This document shows, in pieces, positions 12,418 through 28,081 of a stretch of 64,000 nucleotides of DNA. The position numbers and the translations under genes were made by a program. Origin of the DNA: Octopus vulgaris (lineage: Eukaryota); assembly GCA_951406725.2 (NCBI GenBank), contig OX597820.1:90334001-90398000 (forward strand), read 5' to 3'. How positions within the stretch are numbered: the first letter of the stretch is position 1; each line of letters opens with the position of its first letter. The notes beneath the pieces were generated by a model. The model saw nothing but the letters and a program-made list of their open reading frames with translations. It was not told where the DNA came from and searched no databases.

Positions 12418-15371
12418 CCACACACATGCATACATACACACTTGCGCACGCGGACACAAACACACACATACACAGATAACTGCTTTCTCTGCATGCGTGT
12501 TCTTATAATAATATTATATGAACACGCTGTAACTCTCGATGACAACCACAAGAAGAATATATGTAAATTATTGCATTCGTTACGATTATTCTCACATTTC
12601 ACTGTGATGCGAATGAAGAGATGAATTATGAAAGATATTGTGGACGAGATGCATGTAACTTGAGCTAATGAGCAGCAAAAGCGCTCCACAAACTAATACT
12701 TATCGATACGTTATTGCATGTTCTTCTTACGCGTGGAAACTCACCTTAAATTTCTTTTGTATTGTTGACATAGTACATCTACATATGTTAATACCACTTT
12801 TTTTCCAGTTCAAGGATACTTCGAAATTCCTAATGAAAGCTACATATCAAAACCGTACCTAAACGCCATAGGAAAGAGTCCAACTCTAACTGAACGTAGA
12901 TCAATTGGACTGTCATTCAATGACCAACTTATTAAGGACTGATTTCAATTTTTTGTTTACTTTTCCTTGTATAAATTCGTACAAATGATTTCCTAGATGG
13001 TACCGTATGCTGATCGCTGTTATCAATGTAATAATTAGCATTCTGATATGAAACGTACTTCACTCTCAGGAGTCAAGCTCATTAATATAGCTACAGCACG
13101 ACACTAATGATATCGAACTGGATAAACATGGAGCAAAATAGATAAATATCAAGGTCATCAATTGAATGAATCACCTATGAATTCGCTAATCGAAGATTAT
13201 TATCAAATATACATATCTTTTAATTGAAACGTATTACTATACAGGGGTTAAATCAATTATATGATAACACTCAAATAGCTGTGTATTGCGTTGTGTCAGT
13301 GTGTTTCACTATTTTCTATTCATATTATTACGAAGTTGAAATAGATGGCGGGTTTGCAGACTCGCTGGAGCGTCGGATAAATATCCTGTGGAATGTAATC
13401 TGGTTATTGATATTCTGAGTTCAAGTCTCAGCCTTATTATGGTTGTCGTTTAACCCACTAGAGTCAATGAAATAGAGTACCAGTCAAACGCAGCAATTTC
13501 AGAGCAAACATTACCCGAAGCCTAATGCATTGTTTCAAATTGCTGGACTTACTACCCTTATATTAGAATTGATTAAAGCCTTGTGGATTGTAAAATTTTA
13601 GGGATTAGAACAGCGTGTCTCCCTGCATTTCGTCTGGTTATTTTTTCTTCTTAAATGACCTCACTACGGTCAGCTTTGTCATTATTCCTTTGGCAGTTGA
13701 TAAAATAAAGAAGCGGTCAAGTACTAAGTTTGTTGGTATCAACTAATACGCCGATCTGTACCTATATCGGAAACGATCAGAAGTTGAGTTCTCTATTTAT
13801 CTCTATGTACATGACCTAATAAAAGGATTGGCGGCGTTGATTGAAGGAAAAATATTCCTTGATTAAAGGAAAAAATGCTTGATTGAAAAAAAAAATGTAT
13901 CGTCATTCAACAGATCTGCTTTGATCGCTGCATCAAAGTAAACTCTACGGCCAAGAACAACAAGGGCTAGATATTAGTGCAGTACCGGTAGAGAGATAAA
14001 GACTGGAGGCCAAGAGCTGGAACGGTTAATTCGACGAGATTTTACACACTTTCTATCTACCAGGTTGTACAGAATGATCCAGTTGACCTGAGTAGAAAGC
14101 TGTGCTATGCACTGAAAAGTGATATTTTTAAACACGTAGGTATGTCTCTTCAGATAAAAATCCTTGTACTTCACCCTCTAAACTATGTAAGATTGAAAGG
14201 TAGATTGCAGTACAAACTATCTTCCAGTATTTAGCTTCGAACATTTGTATTCTGATTTCAAATCTGACATGCTTTCGACTTTTCTTTTAATCTCTCCTAG
14301 CATAGCCTGAACAAAATAAGTCCTGCGTTGCTATAAGTGGTTATATCCCGTTTCTCCAAAATGGAAAAAGCCAATAATAAATGCAATGTTTTACTTTATT
14401 ATTCCTTAATACAAAAATTATATTTACTGAAGATTAAAAATAAGCAAAAACGAAAACAATACGTAATTTTTCCCGAATAGTCTTAGCATGAAGCATTGTT
14501 GGCATCGTGTTAATCTCATAGAGGTATTTGAGGAATTTTGTGAGAGAATTGGTTTAACCCTCATTAATTATTTGTCCAATTTGTTTCTAAAGTTTGAAAT
14601 CAGAAAAGGGATTAAAAAGTGCTTTCATTAATCCAGGAATATGGAGAGTTATAGTTATCTCAACAGGAATTCCTATGATAAAGCCTTGAATTTAATCTAA
14701 TGATTTCATGCTTAAACTGTCACAGTAACACTAGCTTTTGTTTATAGTAAATATTATGGGAAAGGTGCGGGTCAATGTATGATTAGATGATGGCTTTGAA
14801 AATTAAATTCCATTTATTTTTATGTATATATTTTATTTCTTAGTGACGTATGATTATATTCAATTATATTAATAAATTTTTACTGGAATAAAAAATAAAA
14901 TAAAACATTCAATAGTACAGAATGGGGTAAATCGTCGTTGTTGTCAGTCAAACGAATAACATTTTTCGCAGATAATGATAAAGAAAATCTAATTTCCCTA
15001 AATTATTTTGATCTTTTATGACTAAATTACATTCAACGATATAACAGATAAAAATAGTTCAGAAGTTTATCAATATAATATATTATCTCTAAATGAGTAG
15101 CCATCTAGTGGTAATTCTTGTCTCACCTGTTACAATGATGCTTTGTAGTTAAATGGTTTATAATATTTGAAGCTTATCGTAATTATATGTGTTTGAGAAA
15201 AAGGAATATATATATATTGAAAACGAAAAGCAACATTCTTCCTTTCTTTCTCTCCGTCTTTATCTGTCTGCCTGCATGTCTGTCTATCTGTTTGTCTGTC
15301 TAATTGCTTCTCTCTACCTCTCTTCCTCTTTCTTTCTCTTCCTCTATTTCTCTCTTCTCATCTCCATCTCT

Positions 15372-15418
<47 letters not shown>

Positions 15419-17003
15419 GCCCTCTGTATGTTCTTCCTTCGTTTTTTTTTTTCAGTTTACACTGTTATTGTTCCTGCAAAGGATATTTATGAAAATGAAT
15501 TTTCTTAATGAATGAGGGGTGGATAAATCTGTTAAATGACTTCTGTCTCATAAAAATGTTAAATAATCACAATTATATAACGTGTGGTGTAGTATCACAG
15601 TCGTTAGAAGTAAAAACAATTCATCACAATAGGATAATATACGTATTTTTAACATTTTATTTAGTTAATTGGAGCACATTTCGAAATATTTAATAAATAT
15701 TTGGACTATACTATTAATTTTCTACTTCTGTATATAAGACTAAAGGAAGACGGAACAACACTCTCATCCTCACAAGTATTTATCTTTTTTTTTAAATTAA
15801 AATATTGGTAAAACTTTTTGAAGCGGTTCTACAACTACTACTATAATGGGGGATATTTCTTTAAAAGAGTGATAAAAGCACCTGTTGTTGTCAAAGATAA
15901 CATTCAGAAGAAATTATGTTAGTTCAGGAACTGTATTCTGTGAATTGACTGACGGCATTTTCTATTGGTTAGACGTCACTAACTTCTAACTCGTTTACTT
16001 ATCTTTAAAGTATTTGCCTTACTCTCCTTTAAACTTTTAAATCACGATTTTATATGTCAATTCTTTTCTCTTCTACCTTTTCATCGAATTTTATGGAACT
16101 ATAGATATTTGCTTGTTTGATATGGCAGCCTTACAGCTTAAAATCGCTTGCGTTTGCCAACCGTAATATCGCATCTATTCACTGGAGCAGCTGTCAGTTG
16201 CAGACATGTGCTGATGAGTATTTCTTTTCACCGATATAAATGCGGGATTGTTTGTAGAACTGAAGAAGTCAAAGTTAAATATTTGTTCTGATTTTGGTCT
16301 ATGCAATTTTTAAAATTATACAACTGAATGTCAAACTCTAAAGTTGGGACGATGTGTATTCTACTTCTAATTCATTTAACTGACTATCTTTTTCTTAATC
16401 TAAAGCTATTATATATCATCCAAACAACGATATACGAAATACATGTAGGTAATTAAAAAAGGACTATTTCGTGATTAAAAGATAAATAAAACACTTTGCA
16501 ATAACGAAAATTACTGAGGGGATTTTCAAGAGAACTGGAATTGGATAAGGAAGGGGGAAAAAAAAAAGAGAATAAAGAATTTTATATCTTTCCGAAAAAA
16601 TTTTTTTGCGTACAGAATTCTTGAAATTTTTCTTTTTCAAGATTCTTTCACAAGTAGTAGGAAGTCTATGGTTCATTCTTTTCTATAATACTTTCACGTA
16701 TCTTAAAACGAAAGAAAGGAAAAACATTTGGAGTTTGAGTGAGTTTAATCCCTTTATGTATCAATACCACAAAATTTATTCTCGTAATATTTCCCAACAT
16801 ATTTAGTAATATCAATGAATATATTGGATCATAAGGAGAATTCTAAAATCTTTTATACAAAATTGCCCTAAGTTGTTCAATTATAAGTCGCTGTCTAAAA
16901 TTAGCTTACTTTTATTCAATGCTTTATAGAAAGGACATCAATTATAACCACACAATAATGATATATATATTTGTTTATATCTGTAGATGCGTAGGTGTAC
17001 AGA

Positions 17004-17170
17004 GGCGTAGTCGCGGCTGCGTGTGAAGAAGCTTGCTTCACAACCACATGGTTCGGAGTTCCGTCCCACTGCGTGGCACTTTGGACAAGTCTTTTCTATG
17101 ATAGCCTTTGTACGACCAAATGCTTGTGAGTAGATTTGGTAGACGGAAATTGAAAGAACCTCGTTGTACA

Positions 17171-17207
<37 letters not shown>

Positions 17208-17439
17208 TCTGCGTATGTGAATTTGTGTTTGCGTTTGTTCCCCCACCTTCGTTTAACAACTGATGCTGCTGTGTTTACGTCCCCGTAACTTAGTGATTCG
17301 GCATAAGAGGTCGATAGAATAAGTTGTTCACTTAAAAAAAGAAAAACAAGTACACCGGTAGATACATTCGACTAAAAATTGTTCTAGGTGGTGCCCCTGC
17401 ATGGTAGCAGTCTAAATACAAGTAAAAGGTAAAGGATAA
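17004..17439 (+). mobile_element. SINE family A
   Basis: Colinear similarity to 2816-3201. Confidence 0.85.
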
Positions 17440-17445
17440 CACGCA

Positions 17446-17581
<136 letters not shown>

Positions 17582-18254
17582 GAGGGAGAGAAAGATAGAG
17601 AGTGTAGGTAGAAGGTGGGGAGCAGATTAAAAACTTCGAGACTGCTGCATTCATACAAAATGGCTGAAGTTCATATGTATAAAGACTTTATATTAATCTG
17701 GGTCTTTATCATCACTACGGACGTTGTTTGGACTAAAATAGCACAACGTTTTCCGACTAGAATGCTTCTTTAAACTTCTATATGGAATAATGTCAAATGG
17801 TTCTGATGACCTCGGCAATAGTATTAACAGGATTATATTGACACAAAGACAAATACACATGTTCATAAATGGTGCAAATAACAAAAGTAAGCGACTACAT
17901 TACTAAAAGAAGAGACGTTTGCTAAAAAAAAAAAAGAGACGTCGGTTAGCACCTGTCAAAGTTCATACGTCAACGACACGGTTTTAAAAATGCGATCAGT
18001 CACTGGAACCGCTGAAACATATATCCTATACAGCTTCTACACGACGAGTGAAAAGTCCCACAACACGTTTGAATACCTACTCCAATACATTACTTCATAT
18101 TTATCGATGTATACATGTGGGCCAAATGTAAAGAACTCGTGATTTCGAAACAAAGTTAATTGTTTAGCTATTAGTGGCTCTCAGCAACGTATACATTAGT
18201 TAATATATTAAAAGTTTGCTTCGCAACTACTTGCTTTTGAGTTCAGTAATAGCT

Positions 18255-18650
18255 TACTCTTTCACTCTTTTCAGACATTTCACTGTGGCCATGCTGGAGC
18301 ACCGCCTTTAGTCGAGCACATCAACCCCAGGATTTATTCTTTGGAAGCCCAGTACTTATTCTATCGATCTCTTTTACCGAACCGCTAAGTTACGGGGACG
18401 TAAACACACCAGCGATATTGCGGTGACAAACACACACACACAAATATATACACACACCTACATATATATATATATATATATATATACGATGGGCTTCTTT
18501 CAGTTTCCGTCTACCAAATACACTCACAAGGCTTTGGTCGGCCCGAGGCTATAGTAGAAGACACTTGCCCAAGGTGCCACACAGTCGGACTGAACCCGGA
18601 ACCATGTGGTTGGTAAGCAAACTACTTACCACACAGCCACCCCTACGCCT
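18255..18650 (-). mobile_element. SINE family A nested in an older plus-strand copy (~18205-18940)
   Basis: Reverse complement matches 2816-3201; the flanks join into a degenerate copy of the same family. Confidence 0.85.
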
Positions 18651-19655
18651 ACGGCATCTTAGACAAGCGTCCCATGAGTCGTAAGTAAATTTCGTTGACG
18701 GAAACATTATATGAAGCTATCGTGCGCATACATACAAACTCTTATGTGTACATGTGTGCGTGTGTATGGGAATTGTGTCACCACCATTTCATAGCCCCTA
18801 GTCAAGTAGAAGTGGTTCGGCAATAAGAGGCCGAAACAGTTACAACAGTATTTAGAATACAGACAGGGTTTGACTCGGTTCAGTGACCTCTTCGAGGCGG
18901 TTCCCAATTACTGGTGCACTTCAGTGATGAAACAAGAAAATCAATGGAAAGTATTGCTTCTTTGGAAAAAGCTAAAATACTTAAGTCCAATGTTTTGTGA
19001 CTTATACGTAGTCATCGAGACATAACAGAATATCAGTAGTAAGCTCACCAACAAGATTATACATCATAGCAATAGAAAGAATAGTTTTCATTAAATAATA
19101 TGGTATTTTATTTTTATCAGTTATCAATATAGCATTCTTTTACTTCTATCAATTTTATTAATATTAAACATTTCAATTAAAGTTTTAATTTAAATTAAGC
19201 ACAACAAAAACAAAATTTTGCACTTGATTTAGCGTCGTGATTTTCGTAAATTACTTATTTGCATCTCCTATTCATTCGGGACTCGTTTAAATCGTTAATA
19301 ATTAACTGATGTCGATCAACTTAAGGCAAAATAGAAATTATTAAATTAAAATATCCAGACAAAAATGTAACAAATAGATTATAAAATAATATAAAATATA
19401 TTATTATAATTCATAGCACTACTGATAAAGATTAATTGTCTACCATGTAATTATATTCTTTTGTAGTATGTGGGGAAACCTAGTCTAATTGTTATGGTCG
19501 TTTGCCTCGTGATCATTAAGTCGTGATTTCAGTTCTTTGAACAGATGCCACGCTTTCTCATTGACTTATGACCTTCATATAACCTTGCTGTAGTCTATAT
19601 AGTCGTCGTGAACATTAGACAAGGTGCCGGGGCAAACTTCTCACTCTCCAAATAC

Positions 19656-19740
19656 GGTGCAGGCGTGGCTGTGTGGTAAGAAGCTTACCTCGCATCCACC
19701 TGGATTCGGGTTAAGTCCCACCACGGGACGGCTTGAGTAA
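19656..19740 (+). mobile_element. SINE family A, head only
   Basis: ggtgcaggcgtggctgtgtggtaagaagctt...cgggttaagtccca. Confidence 0.7.
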
Positions 19741-19797
19741 TATCCATCTTCAAATAGGTTTATCTTCATAATTTTGATGTGACTCTCCTCTGTACTG

Positions 19798-19828
<31 letters not shown>

Positions 19829-22800
19829 CCTCTTTCTTCCTTTCTCCAATTCTTTTTCTCCCATTCTCTCCCTTTCGTTTTTTTCCTTCTCATCCTTTCT
19901 CTGATTCTTTTTTTCTCCCCTTCACCGTTTTCTGACTGTCTCCCCTCTCACTTTAGCCTCTAGTTGTTCGCACGTGGCAGTCGTCCATAATTTTTTCCAC
20001 ATATATCTTACAGAGGAAACCATGTATTAAATTTTAGGAAAGGGTAGAATTAATTGTATCGATAGGTGTACCTAAATTTTGCTTTATTTTGTCAACAATC
20101 GAAATATCCAAAGCAGGGATATCGCAGCTAGATTTGAACTGAAAAAGAAATGAAGCATCTAAACAAATACCAGAATGCTTTTTCTGTCCGACATGTTAAC
20201 TGTTCTACCAATACATCAATTTTCGTCAGTCGAATAGTAAAATAATTTATTTCAAAGAAACGGTACGTAGTGCTTTTTTCCTATTATGTATTATAATATT
20301 CAGTTCTGAACAACCTTGCTCTAATTGTTTATAATATGGTTAATCTTTTAATAAATTGTTATCCAGTTAACTGATCAAACTTTTGCGAGAATTTAAAAAG
20401 TGTGCTATGGCTGATTTTTGAAGGCTTTTGTCCACGGAAATTTCACATGAGAAAGCGATTCTCTTAGTTACAAATTCGTGTTATCCCTATACCCTCGACC
20501 ATATTATCGAATAATGTCATAAAATACTGGCCACAATGCGCTTTCTAGCATTGTTGTAGATTTTTATTGATGCCGCTCCGCTGACTAGGCGGGTAGGTCA
20601 GCATTCCACTTTAACTGATTGTCAGCCATTTGAAGAATAATCTGTTTATAGCCGAGTGGACTTGAACAGCATGAAATAAAGCGTTTTCCACAAGAATACG
20701 ACACACCATTGGTTTGGTATCTTGCAATCATGAGTGCAACATCCTAACCACTCAACTTCACGAATTAGTGTTATTAAAACTTGAAATATAGCTAAATGTC
20801 CTGAGCGTCTAGTCGGTTAACCTTTTGACCGCCATCAGAAGCCACACACCGTTCTCACAGGAAAACCATTGTATCTAGCAATGTAGTTGTTATTTAGTAA
20901 ATTGGATTTTTGTTAATGCTGAATAAATATAAGAGAATACTTTAACCGATGGCATTTCATTCAAAGATACTTATTACATACATATTTATCGTAAAGGTCT
21001 GGTATTTGCGCCAATTGATAGAATCGTGTTATGCACTCGGATAATGTCCACTCATTTAAGAAGGGATGATGTAATTGACTGATACCATAAATACATTACT
21101 AATATTTATGTCAATAAACTGAGGAGAAGATAATACAATAAGACAAATACTTCAAAAATTACCTCGCTCCATCGATTATAGAACTCATTAATCACTTAAC
21201 TACTGAGTTATATGGGTCTTTGGAAAAGGATGGTGCGAAGAATACCATAACTCTCATTCTGTAAACTAAATACAATTTGGCAATACGCTTTAAGCCGTTC
21301 TTTTCATATTCTCAATCAAGTCTTTGCATTTCAGTTCATAGTACTTTAAAATGTTTTTGTGTTTAGTCCCACAGTTTGGTCATATAACTCTAAGATCATT
21401 GAACTGTAAACTATATTCATTTGAACTCCTTGCAAGAATATTATAAAACTTTAATAACTAAAATAAACCCTTCGGTAAATTACTGTTCAAATATCGGAAT
21501 TGTAATTTCGGTTTATGAATTATTCTTCACCAGGAAGTAATGGGGTGGTAGAAATTTAGCATAACACGGTTCGCCGTTGTCTTTCATGTGTTCAGTGTGG
21601 CTAAAATAAATACGAGTTACGTAGTGGAGTAGATTTAAAAGACTATAACATTTCAATATATTTTACTTTAGTCTATGCAGTTGTAGAAAAGACAGTTTCA
21701 GTATGATCACATTTTATAATTCACAAAAGATTTCAATGTAAAAGTCATACAAGGCCGCCTAAGTATATTCTTTTCCTAAAGTGAGTTGTTACTCAATAAG
21801 TTATGAATGAAATAGTATTAAATATATTTATTACATATGTCTTTCATAGTTTCTAATGAAACAGTTAAATTATTCACTATTTTGAATATCTATTTTCCCG
21901 TCTCTATGGTTAATGCAACGTGTCTAAATTTACCACAATGTATCTCTATGTGTGCTGCAACGAGCGAATTGATATGTTAATTTATTTGAAATGAATTGAA
22001 GACAAATACAAGGACGGTTCACTTCACCACTTCACATTCATCTGTTTAGAACTGCTTAGTTATATTTTAAACTAGTAATACTATCTCTCACCCGTATAAA
22101 ATAAAATGTAAGAAATTATATACTTAGATGAGTGAACAAAGATCTGTCTCGACCTTAATATCGAAGGGGTCTTTGCTGCTTAAAATTAGTCAAATATTAT
22201 TAAAATCAATCTATTTAAATGGAAAACTATAAAAGAGAGAATATATAATTATTCTTATAGAAGTCTCGGTATACGATATATTGCAGAAGTTGCATCTGCA
22301 CAGGCGAACAAGGACAATGTGGTAGGTTATGATAAAAGGCTCGAGATATAGCGGTTATCACGTTTTCGTCACAAGTATTGTCCATCTTCTTCACTCTATT
22401 TCGATAAAGTCTGCAAATAAATATAAGAGATTGATAGGAATGACTAAGTATCGTTACACATTAAGTTAGCAATCAATCTATTGCAATGAATTTCAAAAAA
22501 AATATACTGACATTGATTACCATTAACATGATGTTGAGAGAGGATTTCTGATTGACATCACTTTCTATGGTAAATCTATCGAATTCAGTCGCCGTCTCGC
22601 ATCTCTTTTGAACTCCATTTTGAGGGTCAATGTAATGTAAATATTTTCCCGGAGGAAGGAAGATAAAGAAACAGTATCTAAGACACAATTTGGACTCAAA
22701 AGGATGGAAGTGTTATATATTCGCACGCACAACACACACACTCACACATACACACATACACAGACACGCACACACACATAGACGCACACACACACACAGA

Positions 22801-22850
22801 CACGCCTACGCATACGCACATATATATGTATATATACGTATGTATACGTA

Positions 22851-22895
<45 letters not shown>

Positions 22896-23101
22896 GTGTG
22901 TTTGCGCGCGTGTATACAAACACACACATACATACATATGTGTGTAAGTATGTATACATATACAGAGCGTGTATGAGAATGAGAAAGAAAGAGCTATGAA
23001 CATTGGTTTATGTGAGAAGGATAAGTAAGTGAATCATTTATAAATGAGACGATATGGAAATGGCAAATTAATCTACTGCAAATCTGAAAATTGGTACTTA
23101 C

Positions 23102-23307
23102 ATTTCATTATTCAAATCAAGTTTACTTTCAAAATCTTTCTTGGACACTACTGGCATCGATCATCATTAAAAATACAACACTAAAACTAAAATCTGGTGC
23201 TGAATTCATAATAGTTTTCGATAAATATTGGTGCAGATTTCTCACAGAATTTCTTATACTGATGTAGTTTAAAACAACTGTGTTATTTACATTCTGATTT
23301 TGACCCG
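23102..23307 (-). other. Candidate host exon (possibly containing a start: MPVVSKKDFESKLDLNNE)
   Basis: Acceptor ctgctcttttcAG and donor AT|GTAAGT; upstream donor CAG|GTAAGG near 23696. Confidence 0.25.
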
Positions 23308-24027
23308 CTGAAAAGAGCAGTACCATAAAAATAAAGAAAGGACTAGAAAGGACTCTGATGCTAGTTATACTCAGTAATGTCTGAGTACTGTACATCACCC
23401 GTGAATAAAAATATTAAAAAGAAAGGCAAAATTGTTAACAACGCCTAAAATATTTTGAAACATAAATAATTAATATCGACAGCAGCAGCAGTGTTAATAG
23501 CAAAAAAAGGTAATCACTACTTAAAAGTGGATGTTTATTTAGAACACACAACACTGCGATAGTTACCATGGGAGAACAACTCACATATGGACATGTAGTG
23601 CATCAATGTAAGCTCTCCTCTTAGTATCACTAGCAAGAGACAATAACTATCATCCCAGCTGCCTAGACTACCAGGTCACTTGATTTCGGCCTTACCTGTG
23701 CTTGTCAATGATAGACGCCTGAAAGCTCGAAATAGCAGCGATTCCATTCTCGCTATTTGCAACATCAGTTTCAATGTTGTATTTGTTATAACGTAACATG
23801 TACTTGCAAGTGGTGATAAATATTTCACATTGTATTACACTTTACAGCCGTGGATAATAATGTCGTTTGGTAGAGGTTTGTAGCGAGACATCCACTCATT
23901 CACTAACTCAAGATTTACAGTATATTCCTTAACTTTGTACAGGATTAATTAGTTTGGCAGAGGTGCAGTTTTGTATGGTTGTTTAGTTGCATCAGTAATA
24001 AGTGCAAATTATGTATACACTTCCACG

Positions 24028-24061
<34 letters not shown>

Positions 24062-24064
<3 letters not shown>

Positions 24065-24428
24065 GCGAAGTAATTTTATGTAATTCTCTCGCAGGAAGGG
24101 CTAGTTTGACGAGTCGTGTTCTGTCCTACATTCGAAACACGCTAGAAGTCTGTCTTGTACTCTGTTTTTCTGTTGTAAAAAAATGGTTTGTTCCATGCTT
24201 GTTTTTTCGTTTTCGTTTCTCGTTGAGTTCTACGTCTATTTGCGGTGTCCTGTACTCACGTATATATATTTATATATGCATATATATATACATGTAGATG
24301 TAGGTACGTACATATATGTATGTATGTATGTATGCATATATTTTATTTATTACACTATTGTATGACAGCGCCCTCGCGTCGATTCGATTCGATTCGTTCG
24401 TTTCGTTCCGTTCTTCTTCTCCAAGTAC

Positions 24429-24470
<42 letters not shown>

Positions 24471-25175
24471 TCTTATACATATACACACACATATACATAT
24501 ATATATATGTATATTATTTATATTGTTATATGAGTTTATTTTAATTTTGATGTGACTCTCCTGTGTACTGTTCCCTCTCTCTCTTCTCTTTCGTTTTTCT
24601 CTTTCTTCCTTTCTTTAATTCTTTTTCTCCCATTCTCTCCCTTTCCTTTTTCCCTCTCATCCTTTCTCTAAACCTTTTTTCTACGCTTCACCGTTTTCTG
24701 TCTGTCTCCCTCTTCCTCCTTTACTCTCTCGTTGCTCGCACGTGGCAGTCGTCCATCATTTTTTCCACACGTGTTCATCTTTTTTCACTTCCGGTCTGTC
24801 TCTACTCTCCTATCTTTTCTCCTGTCAAAGAATGTTCCTCAGCGTTCGCCATCTTGGACACGTCTGGTTTAGCAGCCCTCACTATTTGTTTCACTGTCCC
24901 GTTTTTGTGACCAAATTTGACCCTCCGCATAATACCAAATATTACTTTGGTTTGCGGGAGCAACTGTTTTCTTGGGGGAACATGTTATCGTGAATTGTTC
25001 GAGATGTGGATTAGATGGACAGCCGACGGCAGATGAGGAGTCCGTCCTTAAGTTACTTGTCTTGTTTTGCATTTCTTTCTTTCGTTCTTCGCAAAAAAAA
25101 GTTTGTCTTCGTATTTCATGTGGTTTTTCGTATTTGGGATTTGATGTTTACGTTTTGTGACGTCCTGTGGACATA
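24062..25175 (+). repeat. TA-embedded non-coding interspersed element with related ends
   Basis: 24545-24775 is repeated at ~19770-20000. 24150-24265 resembles 25050-25175 and the reverse complement of ~25-200. Confidence 0.5.
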
Positions 25176-25177
25176 TA

Positions 25178-25230
<53 letters not shown>

Positions 25231-25989
25231 GTCAGTATGTACGTATATGTATTTATGCCTATATATGTGTGTATGTATGTATGTATGTATGTATGTATGT
25301 ATAAATGCATTCAAACTCAGAGAGTCATGCATTTCATGTATGTATATGCACAAACACTCACACACATTGACCCCCCCACACACACACACAACTAGCAAAT
25401 TTGACTCATACGAAAACATTTTTGCAAACATATGGTAGAAGACAATTGCTCAGTTGATAAGCACGGTGATCAATTCCACAAACACCCGTCAAATAAGGAA
25501 AAGTGGATGGCTAAGCCCACGAAACTACTTGAAACATATATTAATTAAAGAGGCAAGGCAAATAAATGAACAAGGTGCAGCAAGAATTGTGTATCACCCT
25601 ATAGCTTCCGTTGAGCTTCTATACTTTAGAAAATTATTAGCTCTCAGCTCGGAGCACAACATTCTATAGTAGAAAGAGATATAAGCCAAGGAAGCTAGTT
25701 ATGAAATTCCTGTTCCTTTGCCATCAGTTTGATGAGAGACAATAGTATGAAATATCATATACATACATATATGCACACATACATACATACATGCATATAT
25801 TCATCACTTGTTAGGGTTATCTCGATAGATTTTCTAGATAAATTCTATATGATTTTTGTAAAGGAACAGTAGAGTTAAACATAGCAAGCGATGTAATAGC
25901 ACTACTAACACAGTAGAAGACAGTACTGACTTATAAAAACGATTAATATAGTACATAATAGCACATTATGGTTGCATAGCAAAATGCGG

Positions 25990-26051
25990 TATCCCTAGAA
26001 CATATCACACACACATACCCATGTGTGTGTGTGTGATATGTTCTAGGGATA
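25990..26051. repeat. Short palindrome (~26-bp arms)
   Basis: tatccctagaacatatcacacacaca ... tgtgtgtgtgatatgttctagggata. Confidence 0.9.
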
Positions 26052-26517
26052 AAATGTCAGGAAATATGGTAGATGAGTAAATCTGTTCAACCAAATTATA
26101 TCTTAAGAATTACACCCGTTTCTAAGCCTTCTTCATGTGGTAATAATTTCAATGTAAAATAAAATTATGCTTACATGGTTGCATTAATATGACCGCCATA
26201 CTTTATACGATGCAATTGCATATTCACAAATCTATGCAAATAAAGAAAGCTAACTCATCTGATCATTAGAACATCGTAGCTACACCAACAATGCAACTTT
26301 CAAGTGTGGCTCAATTAATATGCTAATCTCTCTTACCTCCCACCATTTAAGCTTCATATACGTCTCATGATATAAAATAATCGATCTGACCATTTAAATT
26401 TCAGCTGCATAGACACTCTGCATTACACTCCTCTGATAGCCACAGATTCTGTGACTCCATGTTTTTTGCTTCAAATATATAAAAATGTACATATAATTTT
26501 ATTTTATTCGTTTATAT

Positions 26518-26724
26518 TTCTTTTACTTGTTTCAGTAATTTGACTGCGGTCATGGGGGAGCACCACCTTTAGTCGAACATATAGACCATAGGGCTTATTG
26601 TTTGTAACACTATACTTATTCGATCTAACTCTATTGCCGAACCGCTAAGTTACGGAGGTCGTAAACACAGCAACAGCGGTTGTCAAGCGATGGCAGGTGG
26701 ATAAATACAGACACACAATACATG

Positions 26725-26755
<31 letters not shown>

Positions 26756-26894
26756 GCGAAGAGCTTCTTTCAGTTTCTGTTTGCCAAATCCAATCACAAG
26801 GCTTTGGTCGGCCCGAGGCTATAGTAGCAGATACTTACCCAAGATGCCACGCAGAACCATGTGGTTGGGAAGCAAGCTTCTTACCACGCAGCCA
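26518..26894 (-). mobile_element. SINE family A
   Basis: Reverse complement matches 2816-3201. Confidence 0.85.
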
Positions 26895-27438
26895 AGATTC
26901 CTGAGGCGAAATCGTGTGTTGAAGCAGTTATTGTTAAATTTCGGGATGGTCATTATTTTCTTGCCAAATATACACACAACATATTCGTTTATTATAGTTT
27001 TTTGTTATGTCCATTGTTTGGAAATCTTTCGTCACATATCCTGTGATCCTTTCTGCAACTTTCTATCCAGCATGCTTGGTCTATTCGGTCTTTCTATGGT
27101 GTGACACATCATAATCGTTAAGGAGGCCAGAGAATATGTGAACATTGTGCTCCAACTTGGCCAAAATTGAAATTATGCTAAGCAAAATATAAAACACGCA
27201 CGCACACACATACACACACACATATATGCATGTGTGTATGACTATGTGTATGAAAACATGTAAATCTATTAGTCTGTTTCTATTTCTGAGCAGGCCACGG
27301 TAATATTTGAAATTAGAGCTTAAATGGAGATAAACGAATAATTCAATTTCGTCCGATGTTCTCAAATTTCATTCAAGCACGACCGTCGAATGTGTAATAT
27401 TTAAAAAAATCGAATAAAAGTCTATTGTTCAAGAAACC

Positions 27439-27440
<2 letters not shown>

Positions 27441-27492
<52 letters not shown>

Positions 27493-27625
27493 ATATATAT
27501 ATATATCACGTGATATATATATATATTTATATATATATATATATGTATATATATATGTATATATATATGTGTATATATATATGTATATATATATATACAC
27601 ATATATATATACATATATACATACA

Positions 27626-27660
<35 letters not shown>

Positions 27661-27695
27661 GTATATATATATAAGTATATATATATATATATGTG
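27441..27695. repeat. Long degenerate (TA)n array
   Basis: Read directly. Confidence 0.98.
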
Positions 27696-28027
27696 TAGAC
27701 ATTAACGAAAGAAAAAAACGATAATGAAACGAACACTAGAAACTACCAGAGCTTTAGTCAATTACTGATTTATTTAATTAAGTGTAGCAATATTTTTCAT
27801 TAGAGCAGTGATATATTTTTAATGCAATTAAAAGAAAAAATGCACACGCTCATTTATTCAAAAAAATTACACTAAAGAAGAGACAAAGATTTTACACATA
27901 TAAATACACACGCATACATGTATATACATATTCACATTTGCATACATACCAACTTAAATACATACATACATATATATATATATAGATATACATGTACATA
28001 TACATATACATATGAATATATATATAA

Positions 28028-28081
<54 letters not shown>

